A DNA stretch of 64,000 bases from Cyanophora paradoxa CCMP329 (lineage: Eukaryota > Plantae > Glaucophyta). The stretch covers positions 1-64,000 of the forward strand of contig QPMI01000535.1 in assembly GCA_004431415.1 (NCBI GenBank), read 5' to 3'. The notes under the pieces are model-generated. The model worked only from the letters and a program-made list of their open reading frames with translations. It searched no databases and was not told the origin of the DNA. Within the stretch, counting starts at the first letter, position 1, and every line of letters begins with the position of its first letter. Below, one piece after another: positions 38,365 through 49,270 of this stretch. Position numbers and translations under genes: made by a program.

Positions 38365-41268
38365 TTACGTAAGAATATTATTGTCTTGGAGAGGTCCGAC
38401 AGCAATCCAATGGAGTTTAAGCGTTCTTTCGTTTTGGGGCACATTTGTGTAATTGATTGCCGAGTAACAAGTGAATATGGCAATCCAAGTGAATTTATTT
38501 TTGAACCCAATGCGATTCCCGAACTGATATTCAGCAGAAAGATATATGCTATTGGTGAAATCGACACTTGTTAAAATAATACTGTTTTCGAGAGTAGCAT
38601 TAACTATTGGATCACTATAATATGGGGTAGAAAATGTAACGGTTCCTGATGCTGTAAACACTTGCCCTACTGTATAAACTTGATTAGGTATAACTACATC
38701 CGCTGTCCCTTGTTGCACATATGCATTTGGATTCACATAATTACCGAAATTCGTGAGCAACTCTATGCTGTGATTGTGAGTAGGTGGCGAAGTGGGTGTG
38801 TTAATTAAATCGTCATAGTTCCCGCTTGTAGCCACAGCATGCAAGTTTGGTGTATTAATGAGATCATTGTAGTCTCCACTTGTAGCCACAGCATGCAAGG
38901 TGGGCAAGGACGGTATAGAAGGGGTGTTAGTTAAATCGTTGTAGTCACCACTTGTAGCCACAGCATGCAAATTCGGTTTAGTAAATAATCTATCCCATGT
39001 CCCATTGAAAGGGAGTGTAGATTCTGATATAATAACACTTTGATCGATCCAGCGAGGTATGTAAGTGGTGAAATCGGGAATTCTTGCTAAATCATAATAA
39101 TCACCTGTGAATGCTACACTACTCCAAGTTGGCTTCTCAGTAATATCAGTCCATTTACCACTAAATCCCGCCGGGACATCTGTGAGTTCTTTGTAGCTCA
39201 CCTTTTGTTTTGGTATAGACAGCTCAATGGGTGAGAATGCACCCGAAAGCTGATTTTCAGAGGTGAAATACATGAGATTTTGACTGTTAGGGAAGTCATC
39301 CGCGACATTAAAGGTGGAATTCATGGGTAATTCGAGGCGACTAATTGGGGTGTTTGGATCTAATACATATTCAGCACCGAGGTGGACAACAGGAAATGTT
39401 TGATCATTTGGAGTGTCGACAAAGAAATTCGGAGCATGCACATCACCTGTAAGAGTCCCACCTGTTAGGGGTAAATAATCCCCAAGAGCCGACGTTAATT
39501 CTGTATCTGTTACATAATCTTCAAGAATTGCTGCAAGTTCTGTATCATCTACATAGTTTTTGCTTTCGAGGTAATCATCTGTTACCACACCTGAAAGGGT
39601 TGTATTGTGTAAGTTTTTCGCCGCCATTCTCTGATTGACTTCTAAGGCGCCACCTGTTGTCGTTTTTATCCATGCAATCTCGCATTTTCCGTGATCATCT
39701 GTGGGTTGTCCCACAACAGGAAGATAGTTTACAACTTTCTCCCTTGTGAAAACTATCTTAGGTCTTGCTCCATCATATGCACTTTGATCTGTTACATTTA
39801 CTTGTATTGCTGCTGAAAAATCCGCTTCTTGTCCTATTTCTCCTGGGTGATAATTCGTAACATAGATACTGGGGAAAGTATCATTTACTCCTACATTGAA
39901 ATCGCCACTATAAACTCCATTTACGATTGGATCCCGTGGTAATCTTACAGCAAGAGTTCCCACCATCGGTGTGCCTGTTTCACCTGTGAATGTCCCATTG
40001 AGATTTACGTAATGATCATTCAAAAATAGCCTTTCAGGTGTGTTAATCGATTGGTAAAGTGTGACTCCATTAAAAACGTTTCCGATTGCATTCAATTGTG
40101 CGAAAGTAGGCTGCTCATCTATCTCCTCCCATGGGTGCCTGTGGTTACTATTGGTAATCTCTGAATAATCATGTGTGTGTTTTCCAGGTGGGAAGGTCGA
40201 TGGCGGATTCGTGATATGTTCCCATAAATGAGTGTGGGCGAAATCTGTTATTTGATCTTTTGTGTGAGTGTGTGCAAAATCTGTAATATCTGCTTTTGTG
40301 TGTTTTTGCTTTGCTAACCAATCTAAAACAACATTCGATGTCGGGTGATTTGGTAGGTTTGCTTCAATCTTCACAGTGAGATAATCGACTATTACATTAC
40401 TTCCATTAATATTACTTGCCCATAGGTTACTGCTGTAAATGTTACTGCTATAAATGTTACTGGCATAAATATTACTTGTAACTGTAAGGTTTGATGCAAT
40501 TGTAAGATTAGATGAAATAACACCACCTTTGAGAGACAAGTAATCATGAGTGTGTGGATCAGGTGGGAAGGTTAATGGTCGATTGGTGATATGCTCCCAC
40601 AAATGCTCGTGAGAACTGGGTGGAAACGTTAAAGGGACATCTGAGAGCTCTTTGTAACTCACCTTTTGCTTTGGTATGGTGAGTTCAATTGGTGAGAAAT
40701 CACCCGAAAGGCGATTTTCAGAGGTGAAATACATGAGATTATGGCTGTTAGGTAAATCGCGATCGAGTCTGCAAATTGGGGTGTTGTCGCCCAATATAAA
40801 TTCAGCTCCTGTATGCACGACCGGATTTCTTTGGATATACATATTGGATGCACCTATTACAGGTGCTATTATGGGCACATCCGAATTAACGAGATTGCAA
40901 GTGATGGAGAAAATCGTTTTGGGGGCAAACAGATTGCAATCAAAGGTAATCGTGGCGGGATCAATAGTAGGATCGACATTTGAACAGATCTGAAACATCC
41001 ACCCTCCCACACAGTTGCAATTTAAATTGCGAAAGGCTGTGCCTGCCATTGCATCCACATAGCCAATCCCATTTGCTATGTCATATATGTGACCAAACTC
41101 GTAACCAAAAATGTCATTCCACAGATTGGAAGCCATAGCTCCCATCACATACCCTTTTAGATCTACTATCAGGTCATTGGATTCACTGGGTATATTGGCA
41201 TGGGTTATATAAAATTGATTATCCAAGACAGCATTCTTTATTGTCGTTTCTACTATGGGTTCAGTCAT
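38365..41268 (-). CDS. Long fibre-like protein (967 aa)
   Basis: Three LHAVATSGDYNDLxNTP repeats, HTH/HxH repeats (HTHTKDQITDFAHTH), SN(I/L)xx pentapeptide run, duplicated PVVH..PKQKVSYKEL block, C-terminal VTFSTPY..DPIV lectin-like motif. Confidence 0.8.
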   Translation of the reverse strand: MTEPIVETTIKNAVLDNQFYITHANIPSESNDLIVDLKGYVMGAMASNLWNDIFGYEFGHIYDIANGIGYVDAMAGTAFRNLNCNCVGGWMFQICSNVDPTIDPATITFDCNLFAPKTIFSITCNLVNSDVPIIAPVIGASNMYIQRNPVVHTGAEFILGDNTPICRLDRDLPNSHNLMYFTSENRLSGDFSPIELTIPKQKVSYKELSDVPLTFPPSSHEHLWEHITNRPLTFPPDPHTHDYLSLKGGVISSNLTIASNLTVTSNIYASNIYSSNIYSSNLWASNINGSNVIVDYLTVKIEANLPNHPTSNVVLDWLAKQKHTKADITDFAHTHTKDQITDFAHTHLWEHITNPPSTFPPGKHTHDYSEITNSNHRHPWEEIDEQPTFAQLNAIGNVFNGVTLYQSINTPERLFLNDHYVNLNGTFTGETGTPMVGTLAVRLPRDPIVNGVYSGDFNVGVNDTFPSIYVTNYHPGEIGQEADFSAAIQVNVTDQSAYDGARPKIVFTREKVVNYLPVVGQPTDDHGKCEIAWIKTTTGGALEVNQRMAAKNLHNTTLSGVVTDDYLESKNYVDDTELAAILEDYVTDTELTSALGDYLPLTGGTLTGDVHAPNFFVDTPNDQTFPVVHLGAEYVLDPNTPISRLELPMNSTFNVADDFPNSQNLMYFTSENQLSGAFSPIELSIPKQKVSYKELTDVPAGFSGKWTDITEKPTWSSVAFTGDYYDLARIPDFTTYIPRWIDQSVIISESTLPFNGTWDRLFTKPNLHAVATSGDYNDLTNTPSIPSLPTLHAVATSGDYNDLINTPNLHAVATSGNYDDLINTPTSPPTHNHSIELLTNFGNYVNPNAYVQQGTADVVIPNQVYTVGQVFTASGTVTFSTPYYSDPIVNATLENSIILTSVDFTNSIYLSAEYQFGNRIGFKNKFTWIAIFTCYSAINYTNVPQNERTLKLHWIAVGPLQDNNILT

Positions 41269-41305
41269 TATACTCTATTATGGAATACTACAAAAATTAA
41301 GGTTG

Positions 41306-43435
41306 TTACATAACATTTGGAACATGTTCATATATTCTCCCTTCTCGCTGTGCCATTTCCGCCATAAAGTCTGCATTATCTTTTATTATTGATTCAGCCA
41401 TTCGTTCTGCTCGCGATTTTTTGGGTGCTGCCCTATTTGCTGGTGGTCGGTCAGTCCTCACAACACTAAGACCATGCCCCTCGGCTGATCTCACCTCTAA
41501 GCCCACATCTCCTTCGGCTGTTTGGGTCACATTAAGCTCTGGTGTTGAGTATTTATTACCTGCTCCTGCAATGGTTCTGTCTATGCAAGCACAACATAAA
41601 GCTCGGAATTTGTATGCAAGCACAAGCCCAAGAGCACCGAGAATCGGCAAGAGAATCATAAGCACTAACGTTCCTGGATTTGTTCCCGGTGCCCCGACTG
41701 GATTTGTAGGATTCGTGGGATTATTAGGTGGTGTGTTTGGATCTGGATTAGTTGTAGGGGGATCTTGTGAATCGGGATCTGGGTTAGGCTGGTTCGGATT
41801 TGGATCGTTTGGTGGCGGTTCCGTCGACCCTGCTAATGAGGTTGGCGCTGTGTATGCATTCGCAAACACGATGGGAGCCGTCGCTGGATTTCCTGTGGAA
41901 GACCCTGTGATTGCACCATAGGTATCTGACAGGTATTTATATAATTCCTTTGTCACAGGCGGATTGCTCACAGATCGGCACACCCAAATATTGCATGTAG
42001 TATCATAGACTGTGTCCCTGATAAATGGCGGTAGAGCTGTCCCACTAAATGACTCAAAGAGCCCATTTCTCGATAGCAACCTATGGGCTGCATCACAGTT
42101 CCCACCCTCGAAATATTTGGTAGCCGAAATTGCACCTTGCACATAAATATTGCAAGTCGAGTGCATTCCAATGTTATTTAGGTTGGGAGTGTATCTATCA
42201 TCGAGCCGGACAGTGCACACCCATGGGGAAGCGGTTTTAATATATTTCTTATCGCCCACTTCAATTACATCTGTATTTGGGTGGCTGTCAAGCTGAGTCC
42301 AAACAGCATCATACCTGAAAGTGTAATAAACTAAGAGACCATCTGTGGACGATGTGAAAGCAAAGAAGGTCATAAAGTCCGTGGATCCAAAGAAGTCAGC
42401 ATTGGTCGATGTTAGGGTGACTCTGGGATAGCTCATGTTGACAGTCTCAGAAGGATATGGAATATATGAGGTGTAATTACGATTGAAAAGATAATAGTGA
42501 AATCCATCTGAGACATTCGAGTGAGTGGGCAAGGTGACTGTTAAGGTCTTACTGCGATTTTCAAACGTGTTTTGTATGACAATATTGCAAGTATTAATAT
42601 ATCGAGAATCGAAAAAGTAATTATTTGTGACACTGTTATTGATCAGAGTCGCATTGGTTCCATTAAATACGAAATTCTGCCCATTGATCCTCGTAGTATG
42701 GAGGTCGGTCACATCGAGAGGATACCTTATTTTTAATCGATCTTCGGGGTCAAATCGCGGAATAGTTCCTGTTGCCTTCCAACTGATAGTAAAGGGAGGA
42801 GCAAGGGACACTGCTGGGATAACAGAGAGATTAAATTTCGAAAAATACAACCCAACAGGATACCCTGACAGAGCATATGTCACTGTTGCATTTCCGACAA
42901 GTGTGAAGCCGGTGGTTGTTATGTTAGTTGCAACAAATGGGGAGTAGCCGGCTGGTGCATTTTGAAGTGATGTAGCTGACCCATCATTGACCACATACAA
43001 ATTCGTGTCTGTTATTTCAATAGTAGGAGGGGAAACAAATGGTGTCTCAAATGTGAAATTAAAATTCGCTGGAACCCCTGCAAGATATCTATATGTTGTT
43101 GCTGATATCTCGGATGCCTGGAATACTTTGCTTCCACTCCGCACTACATTACTTGTGTCTTTCACATTGTGGTATGAGATGCTGGGAGTCGGGGAGAGCA
43201 CCAACGAAATAGCATCTGGTAAATCAGACTTTGTAATATACAGTTCTTTAAGATACTCCTTTTTGAAAGGGGCGGTCAGATCTCCAATAGTAGCCGATGA
43301 CCCTGCGACCACAATATTACAGGTGTTTGCATTCAAAGTATAAACTGTGTTCCACCTCAAAGAATTCGCCCCAAGATCGAAATTCTGTGAGAAGGGCACG
43401 ATATTGCTACCTTGTAAATCTCGGTAAACCTTCAC
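41306..43435 (-). CDS. Fibre-like protein with Pro-rich linker and predicted C-terminal transmembrane helix
   Basis: N-terminal IVP..FDLG...RWNTVY fibre motif; PNDPNPNQPNPDP stalk; hydrophobic LVLMILLPILGALGLVLAY followed by KFRALCCAC. Confidence 0.7.
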   Translation of the reverse strand: MKVYRDLQGSNIVPFSQNFDLGANSLRWNTVYTLNANTCNIVVAGSSATIGDLTAPFKKEYLKELYITKSDLPDAISLVLSPTPSISYHNVKDTSNVVRSGSKVFQASEISATTYRYLAGVPANFNFTFETPFVSPPTIEITDTNLYVVNDGSATSLQNAPAGYSPFVATNITTTGFTLVGNATVTYALSGYPVGLYFSKFNLSVIPAVSLAPPFTISWKATGTIPRFDPEDRLKIRYPLDVTDLHTTRINGQNFVFNGTNATLINNSVTNNYFFDSRYINTCNIVIQNTFENRSKTLTVTLPTHSNVSDGFHYYLFNRNYTSYIPYPSETVNMSYPRVTLTSTNADFFGSTDFMTFFAFTSSTDGLLVYYTFRYDAVWTQLDSHPNTDVIEVGDKKYIKTASPWVCTVRLDDRYTPNLNNIGMHSTCNIYVQGAISATKYFEGGNCDAAHRLLSRNGLFESFSGTALPPFIRDTVYDTTCNIWVCRSVSNPPVTKELYKYLSDTYGAITGSSTGNPATAPIVFANAYTAPTSLAGSTEPPPNDPNPNQPNPDPDSQDPPTTNPDPNTPPNNPTNPTNPVGAPGTNPGTLVLMILLPILGALGLVLAYKFRALCCACIDRTIAGAGNKYSTPELNVTQTAEGDVGLEVRSAEGHGLSVVRTDRPPANRAAPKKSRAERMAESIIKDNADFMAEMAQREGRIYEHVPNVM

Positions 43436-44630
43436 TCTGGGTTTGCTATCGAATTCAGGGTGATATAATTGATGTTAAGAGTGAAACTAATAGTAGCTTC
43501 GGAACTCAATGAGTTGTTTCGGATGATAAGTAAATTGTATGTCTCGTTAATGACAAACGAAACCTGAAACCCTGTGGAGGTGACATTTTGGATAAATGCT
43601 TTATTAGATTCATTATTGTTATAGATAGGATTATAATAAGTAGTGTGATCCACCAATGAAACAGTGGGTATATTCGTCTCGAAACCTGTGACACCCAACT
43701 GATCCCAAGTGAATGTATATGTAGGTTTGCCTACGTAAGCGACATAGACCCCATTTGCGAGCTGCTGAGGGTATCCCTCGACAGTGTAGGTCTCAGTCCG
43801 CGAAACTGAGCGGGAAAGATTGCTGTTAAAGTCGTTATAGCTGATCAGAGCTCTCTCATCAGTGGGTAAATCACTGGGTCGGACTGAGTGATTGAAAGGC
43901 AAGATTATGTTACTTGTTTTTGAGGTCGTGCTATAAAGGTTAGTCGTGTGCAAGTCATCAAACCACCCATCATAGGCATACACATTGAGCCATTTCTTAA
44001 CAGCATCAGTGTTAGATTGCCCGAGATTAAATTGATGATCGAGCAAAGGCACCAAATCGCGGGATAAATACATGATCGCATCAGTGATGGTGATTGCACC
44101 TGTTAAAACAGCGAGCCCTGCCGTGTTTGCTGCGGTAGCAATTGATAAACCCGAGATTTCGAGATCCTGGGCTACATCTCGCTCGTTTCTTGTGAATCGC
44201 TCACTATAAAACTCCTTTACAAGGTCGACCCCATGACCTCAATTAAATGTGGTCGAGTGAGTGTAATATTGCTTGTGATGCTCTGCGAATATTTAACAGG
44301 ATCCCATTCTACGACAGCTGTCAGTGGGATGGGGCGGGCTTTATTGATTTCGTGCTGAAAGGTTCGCACAGTGGGGAAATTGCTGCCAAAGAATGCAACA
44401 GGCGAGCCCCCATGATAGATAACGAGGGCTGAGTTATCAGTGCCATAGGTAAAAGGGAGATTGCTGGTGATATCAATATATTCAAGGTTGCTCTGATTTA
44501 ATAGAAAGTCTTTTACCACAAGGTTCGAAGATATGGTCACATTGGAAGCGGTAATGTTACTGCTGAGCTCGAAACCGTCATCCAAATACAAGGTTTCCCG
44601 AGTGATAAAGGGGAGATTCGTGATACTCAT
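43432..44630 (-). CDS. Fibre-associated protein; ORFs 44217-44630 and 43432-44073 probably one gene split by a 1-nt frameshift near 44230
   Basis: The -1 frame is open from the GGGG run (ATGGGGTCG) into the 44073 ORF (VDLVKEFYSERF...AIMYLSRD); LVP..FNLG...KWLNVY motif paralogous to neighbour. Confidence 0.6.
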
Positions 44631-44648
44631 TTGTAATATAAGATTATT

Positions 44649-45622
44649 TTAACCCGATAGCACCTCTAATATAAAGCTGTGATTAACGCCATTAAAGTCG
44701 ACTACATTATTGTAGGCATCGAGCCATTTAATTGTGAGGGTGTCTATGTCATAAGCCTGATCGTGGGAATTAAAGAACTCCACAGTATCGATTCTGCGGA
44801 ATGTCAGGTAGTAAACAAACGATCCCAAGGGGCTGGTTAGTGGAACCTTAGCGAGGTTTGCATTTCCGCCCTCATCTGTCTTTGCTGCCACCATATACCT
44901 GTCGTAAAAGGGCGTAAACTCTTTAATTTGTAGGTAAACATAGGGGGTCGGATTTAGATTAATCGCATTCGGGAAGGTCACTACATGTTCGAGAGGGAAT
45001 GGAAGCACAGATATTCCGGCGGGGTATTTTGTTTTGCCCTCATAGGCTTGTAGAAATGAGTATTTTGGATTGCTGGGTGTGAGGGGTAAATAGTCTACCG
45101 TGAGATGCTCTGAACCCTCACCAACTGGAATTGTTTGATACATATCCCCTTTGATCATTCCATGGAACCTTGCAAAGTCGTCATGTGCACAGCTCAGTGC
45201 GAGGGGAATGCTCGAATAAAACGTAATTTTCATAGTCGCTGGATTATAGAGCCACTTGTAGTAGACTGTGACGCTTTCGCTTGTGAGAGGGTTTACATCG
45301 ACAAAGCTGCCCGAGTAGCCTAAGTTCTTATTACCATATCCCCAAATCGCGGGGTGTAGTTCCCAATATCAGGGAAAGGGGAAAAGGTGATGCTGTTCGT
45401 CATTCCCTGTATGGTCACGCCTCTGGAATTATCGGTGACAGCATAAATCGTGTTTGGGAGCTCGGCGCTCGCAATGCGCACCCCTTTTACGTTCAGAAGT
45501 CGCTGAGAAAGCTTTACTGTATATTCTCCCGGGTGCCCTGCACTGCGCTCAATAGAATCGATATTAACATTGACCCTCGTAAACTTGCCATTATAGAAAT
45601 CGTTAACTGGCTTCCGAATCAT
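44649..45622 (-). CDS. Minor capsid/penton-like protein 1 (frameshift near 45351)
   Basis: N-terminal VNIDSIER..EYTVKL...NVKGVRIASAELPNT and C-terminal PYVYLQI...LAKVPL...TLTIKWLDAYNNVVDFNG..HSFILEV; one extra C in the CCCC run joins the two ORFs. Confidence 0.75.
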
Positions 45623-45649
45623 TTTTATTTCCTATTAATAAAGAATAAA

Positions 45650-46935
45650 ATGCGCGAGTATCTCAGCATCAGTAGCCGTGATCGATCAGAGGGCTCGGCT
45701 CATTCCTATAAGGTGACCCTTCCAAAGCAATACCACAATGTGAAGAGCATCGCTGTGCGACAGATCGAATTTTCCAACACGATTCCGACGGTTCCAAGCC
45801 CTCAATTCTATACTGAGATCGGGGAAACGAAAGCCGATGATGCTAATACAATTTTCATATCCTTCCCTTACCGATTTTCGACCGGTCAGCTCAATGGTGC
45901 CACTGCGGAAATAAGAGAAACACAGGCAACTGCAATATATGACGCTTACAAAGCCATAGATGCTGGCGACCAAGGCAACTATATACCGCCTGATTACCTA
46001 AACACTTTCAGAAGATATACCCGATACAGAGACGTAGCAATTACGATCCCTCCGGGCACATACTCGACTGGAACCGACCTTGCCACTGCAATCGATAACA
46101 TCTTAACGAAAAATGGAACTGGCAACTACATCAAGGATATGATCGACACAAAAATTAATCCAAGCTACGCATCGACAGGAGGAACCTTTTACCCGGTGGT
46201 GAGATGTCGTTTTGAGAGCACATTAAATGCTATATGCTTTTATTCGAGTGATTATGTCTACATAGCTTTCACGAAATATGGACCGAGTAATGCCACTGCG
46301 TCTACTGCGAATGAAAGAAAGGTGCTCGCCTATCGCACGATGACTCTTCTCGGGTTTACATCGATCAGAGAGAATATAATGATAGATCAATACAACGGAT
46401 CGGGCTACACAGCCTTCGCTGGGAGCGGTGTCGTTTACTCAGCTGGTGATGCATTCCGCAATTATAATTCGACGGCTCTGGTCTTAGGCATAGCCGGAGG
46501 CACTGCCCTGATTATACACCGGATAATGCAATAGTTTTAAAGATCACAGAGCCGGACTGCTCGCTTTTTACGACATGCACCGAGGCTACTAATGGATTCC
46601 TCGCTAAGATCCCGATTTCGAAAGGCACAGCCTATGCGGATGCTGAGCTAATTAATTATGGGGCGGATGCTTTCACGAAATACTTTAACACCCGCCTTTC
46701 GTTTGATAGTTTAACCGTTCAAATTCTCACGGAGAGCGGTTATAGGTATTTCCTCGGAAGCTGTGAGCACACATTCATTTTGGAAATTACTATGGGAGTG
46801 GATGAGCCCGACGACGATTTACAGCGCATTGTTAATAAGGGATTCGCGAAAATGCTATATGAGGACTACCCGCATTGCGGCAATTTAACGAATGCGTTGA
46901 GCGGGGTGGCTGTAAAAAATAATCCGTTCTTCTAA
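45650..46935 (+). CDS. Minor capsid/penton-like protein 2 with large central insertion (frameshift at ~46506)
   Basis: YLSISSRDR..SYKVTLP...NVKSIAV..IEFSNT; shifted frame continues IVLKI...FLAKIPI...SLTVQIL...HTFILEI to TAA at 46933-46935. Confidence 0.75.
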
Positions 46936-46968
46936 AATAAATTTCTCAGCGGAAGATAAAAACGAAAT

Positions 46969-48417
46969 ATGGATCCCACGACCTCGCTTAGCCGCCTCAC
47001 GCTCAAATCCGTCCTGGAAACCCCGGAGGACTACAAGAGCATGCTTTTGGATCGCGGATTTATCGTAGGTGTGGACAAACAATTCAAGCCTTCTCGTGTG
47101 GAGGTGCTTCCAATTGCGGATCCCGGCAATCTGTTCTCCTCTACTGGTGCTACCACTCGTGTGGTCTTCTATCTCCCTCGCTACAATTGGTGCAATGGTA
47201 TTAGCCTCCAAGTTACCATTCCGTCGGCGAAGGCGCTGACTGCCATCGCCAAGACCTCGGCTGACTGCTCGGCTGATCTATTCAATACTGGATTCGTCCG
47301 CGGGCTTCCTGGCTCGTTTGTTCAGCGAGTCAGCATTAAATACGGGTCGTATGAGCAAATTATTCCCGCTGAGCGACTGGTAGATTACGCTTTCCTGGCT
47401 AACACTCCGGCTGAATTCGACCAAAAGAAGCGCAAGCATGGGCTGCATCTCGGACCGAAGGTGGAGGGCGGCAACCAAGCCGGTGGCATTTTTACCATGC
47501 GAATTCCGAGCTTCCTCGATGCTGGCGTGCCCATCGGTGCGCTCCCATCCGAAATCGCGGTCGAAGTATATTTCCAAACCCCTGCGCTGCTCGAAACTGC
47601 GGCGGTTCCTGGCGTTTACGCTCAGAATAACACGACTGCAATTACTGCTGCCAATTCGACCGATGGCGAGACGACGCTTGCTGTTGCGGCTGCTTTCGGA
47701 AATATTAAGACCTTAGCTCACCCTAATGCCACTGCGATTTTCGATAGTGCGGCTCTCACACCTACACCTGCTCTTGCGAATCTGGAAATGACGACCCCTC
47801 GTATTATTATGGATGCTGTTAACATCGATGAGGAAACGATGGGCGAAATCATTACTCGTGTTAAGACCTCTGGCATCGCCATCCCCTACACTGATATTCA
47901 GTTTGCGGATTATACCGGTCTTGCTCTCGGCTCTGGTCTGCGCCTGTCACTATCTCAAATTTCGGGACTCGTTTACGCACTTGTTGTCAAGGTTCGCGAC
48001 GAAAACACACTGGGCGATAATAAAGGAGGGCACTCTACTGTCCGCACCCTTGCCTTCGATGATAATGTCGTGATGCAAGTTCTAAATAACAACACTTACC
48101 TATATTCTAACACTGGTGTCCCGCTGCAATCCGCGGCTATGGAGCTCGCCGATAAATTCAAGATGACCAACTGGATCGATAGCAACAAGCGCCCCATTTA
48201 CACTGGCTTCTGCTTTGCTCTCGATGGTAAAGCGGCGCTCAAAGGTGAGAAGGCGACTGGCTACGTCGATCTAACACAATCAGCTTCAAGTTTCCTGCTG
48301 CTCACACCCAATGGCACACCCCTCGCCACCTGGACAAAGGTCGGTGTTCAGATCTCGGCTTACTGCCACAATATTCTTGTGATGAATGCCAATGGATTAT
48401 CGCGCGTGACGGCATGA
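46969..48417 (+). CDS. Probable double-jelly-roll major capsid protein
   Basis: 482 aa, beta-rich pattern, located between penton and ATPase genes; assigned from size and context, not by HMM. Confidence 0.7.
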   Translation: MDPTTSLSRLTLKSVLETPEDYKSMLLDRGFIVGVDKQFKPSRVEVLPIADPGNLFSSTGATTRVVFYLPRYNWCNGISLQVTIPSAKALTAIAKTSADCSADLFNTGFVRGLPGSFVQRVSIKYGSYEQIIPAERLVDYAFLANTPAEFDQKKRKHGLHLGPKVEGGNQAGGIFTMRIPSFLDAGVPIGALPSEIAVEVYFQTPALLETAAVPGVYAQNNTTAITAANSTDGETTLAVAAAFGNIKTLAHPNATAIFDSAALTPTPALANLEMTTPRIIMDAVNIDEETMGEIITRVKTSGIAIPYTDIQFADYTGLALGSGLRLSLSQISGLVYALVVKVRDENTLGDNKGGHSTVRTLAFDDNVVMQVLNNNTYLYSNTGVPLQSAAMELADKFKMTNWIDSNKRPIYTGFCFALDGKAALKGEKATGYVDLTQSASSFLLLTPNGTPLATWTKVGVQISAYCHNILVMNANGLSRVTA

Positions 48418-48491
48418 GGACTGTCGCGGGCAAAATTTGATGTCATTTTTAATCCTTTGTCTATTTAAGGACAAGACGATTATAAGATTTA

Positions 48492-49213
48492 ATGGCGTAT
48501 CTCGAACAAATGGAAGGGATCAGGCGAATCGCTTTGTGTGGAAAGCATGGCGAGGGCAAGTATGCGCTTATAGATGAAGCCGATTATGATCATGTCATGA
48601 AAATAAGCAAGTGGTATTACCATAACCAACGGGATATGCATGGGGTTACATTGCTGGTGTAAAGAAAAACATCGACATGCACAAATGGATTTTCGGACAT
48701 CAAGAAGGGCACTTTGTTGATCATATCAGTAGAGACAAACTCGATAATCGTCGCTGTAATCTTAGATTCTTAACACCGCAAGACAGCGTATTTAATACGG
48801 GTATGAGAAAAAGAAACAAAACTGGTTTCAAAGGTGTTTGCCAAGAGAAAAGAACCGGTCGGTTCAGGGCAAGTATTCAAAAAAGTAGTGTCCCATACAA
48901 TTTGGGGACGTTTGATACAAAAGAAGAAGCTGCTGCCGCTTACAACCAAAAAGCAAAAGAGCTATTTGGAGATCTTGCTGTTTTGAATGAGGTAAACCCT
49001 GAAATTAAACCAAAACCTCCTCTTTACTCACTGAATACAAGTGGATTTCGTGGTGTGACTGAAACAGCGACTGGAAAATGGGAAGGATGCTTTTCATATA
49101 AGAAACAGCGGTGGCGAAAAGTGTGCAACACAAAGGAGGAGGCTGCACTTTTCTACAACTCAAAAGCCAAAGAAATTCTCGGTGATAAAGCGATCCTCAA
49201 TGATGTTGAGTAA
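48492..49213 (+). CDS. HNH homing-type endonuclease with two AP2 DNA-binding domains (frameshift at ~48630)
   Basis: VDHISRDKLDNRRCNLR HNH motif; two NxxGFxGV...TKEEAAxxYN AP2 repeats; upstream YALIDEADY segment is in the adjacent frame. Confidence 0.85.
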
Positions 49214-49270
49214 ATAGAGGGCTGTCGCGTTTCGTAATTTTTATTTTGTTTCTTATAAGGGAAAGCAAAT

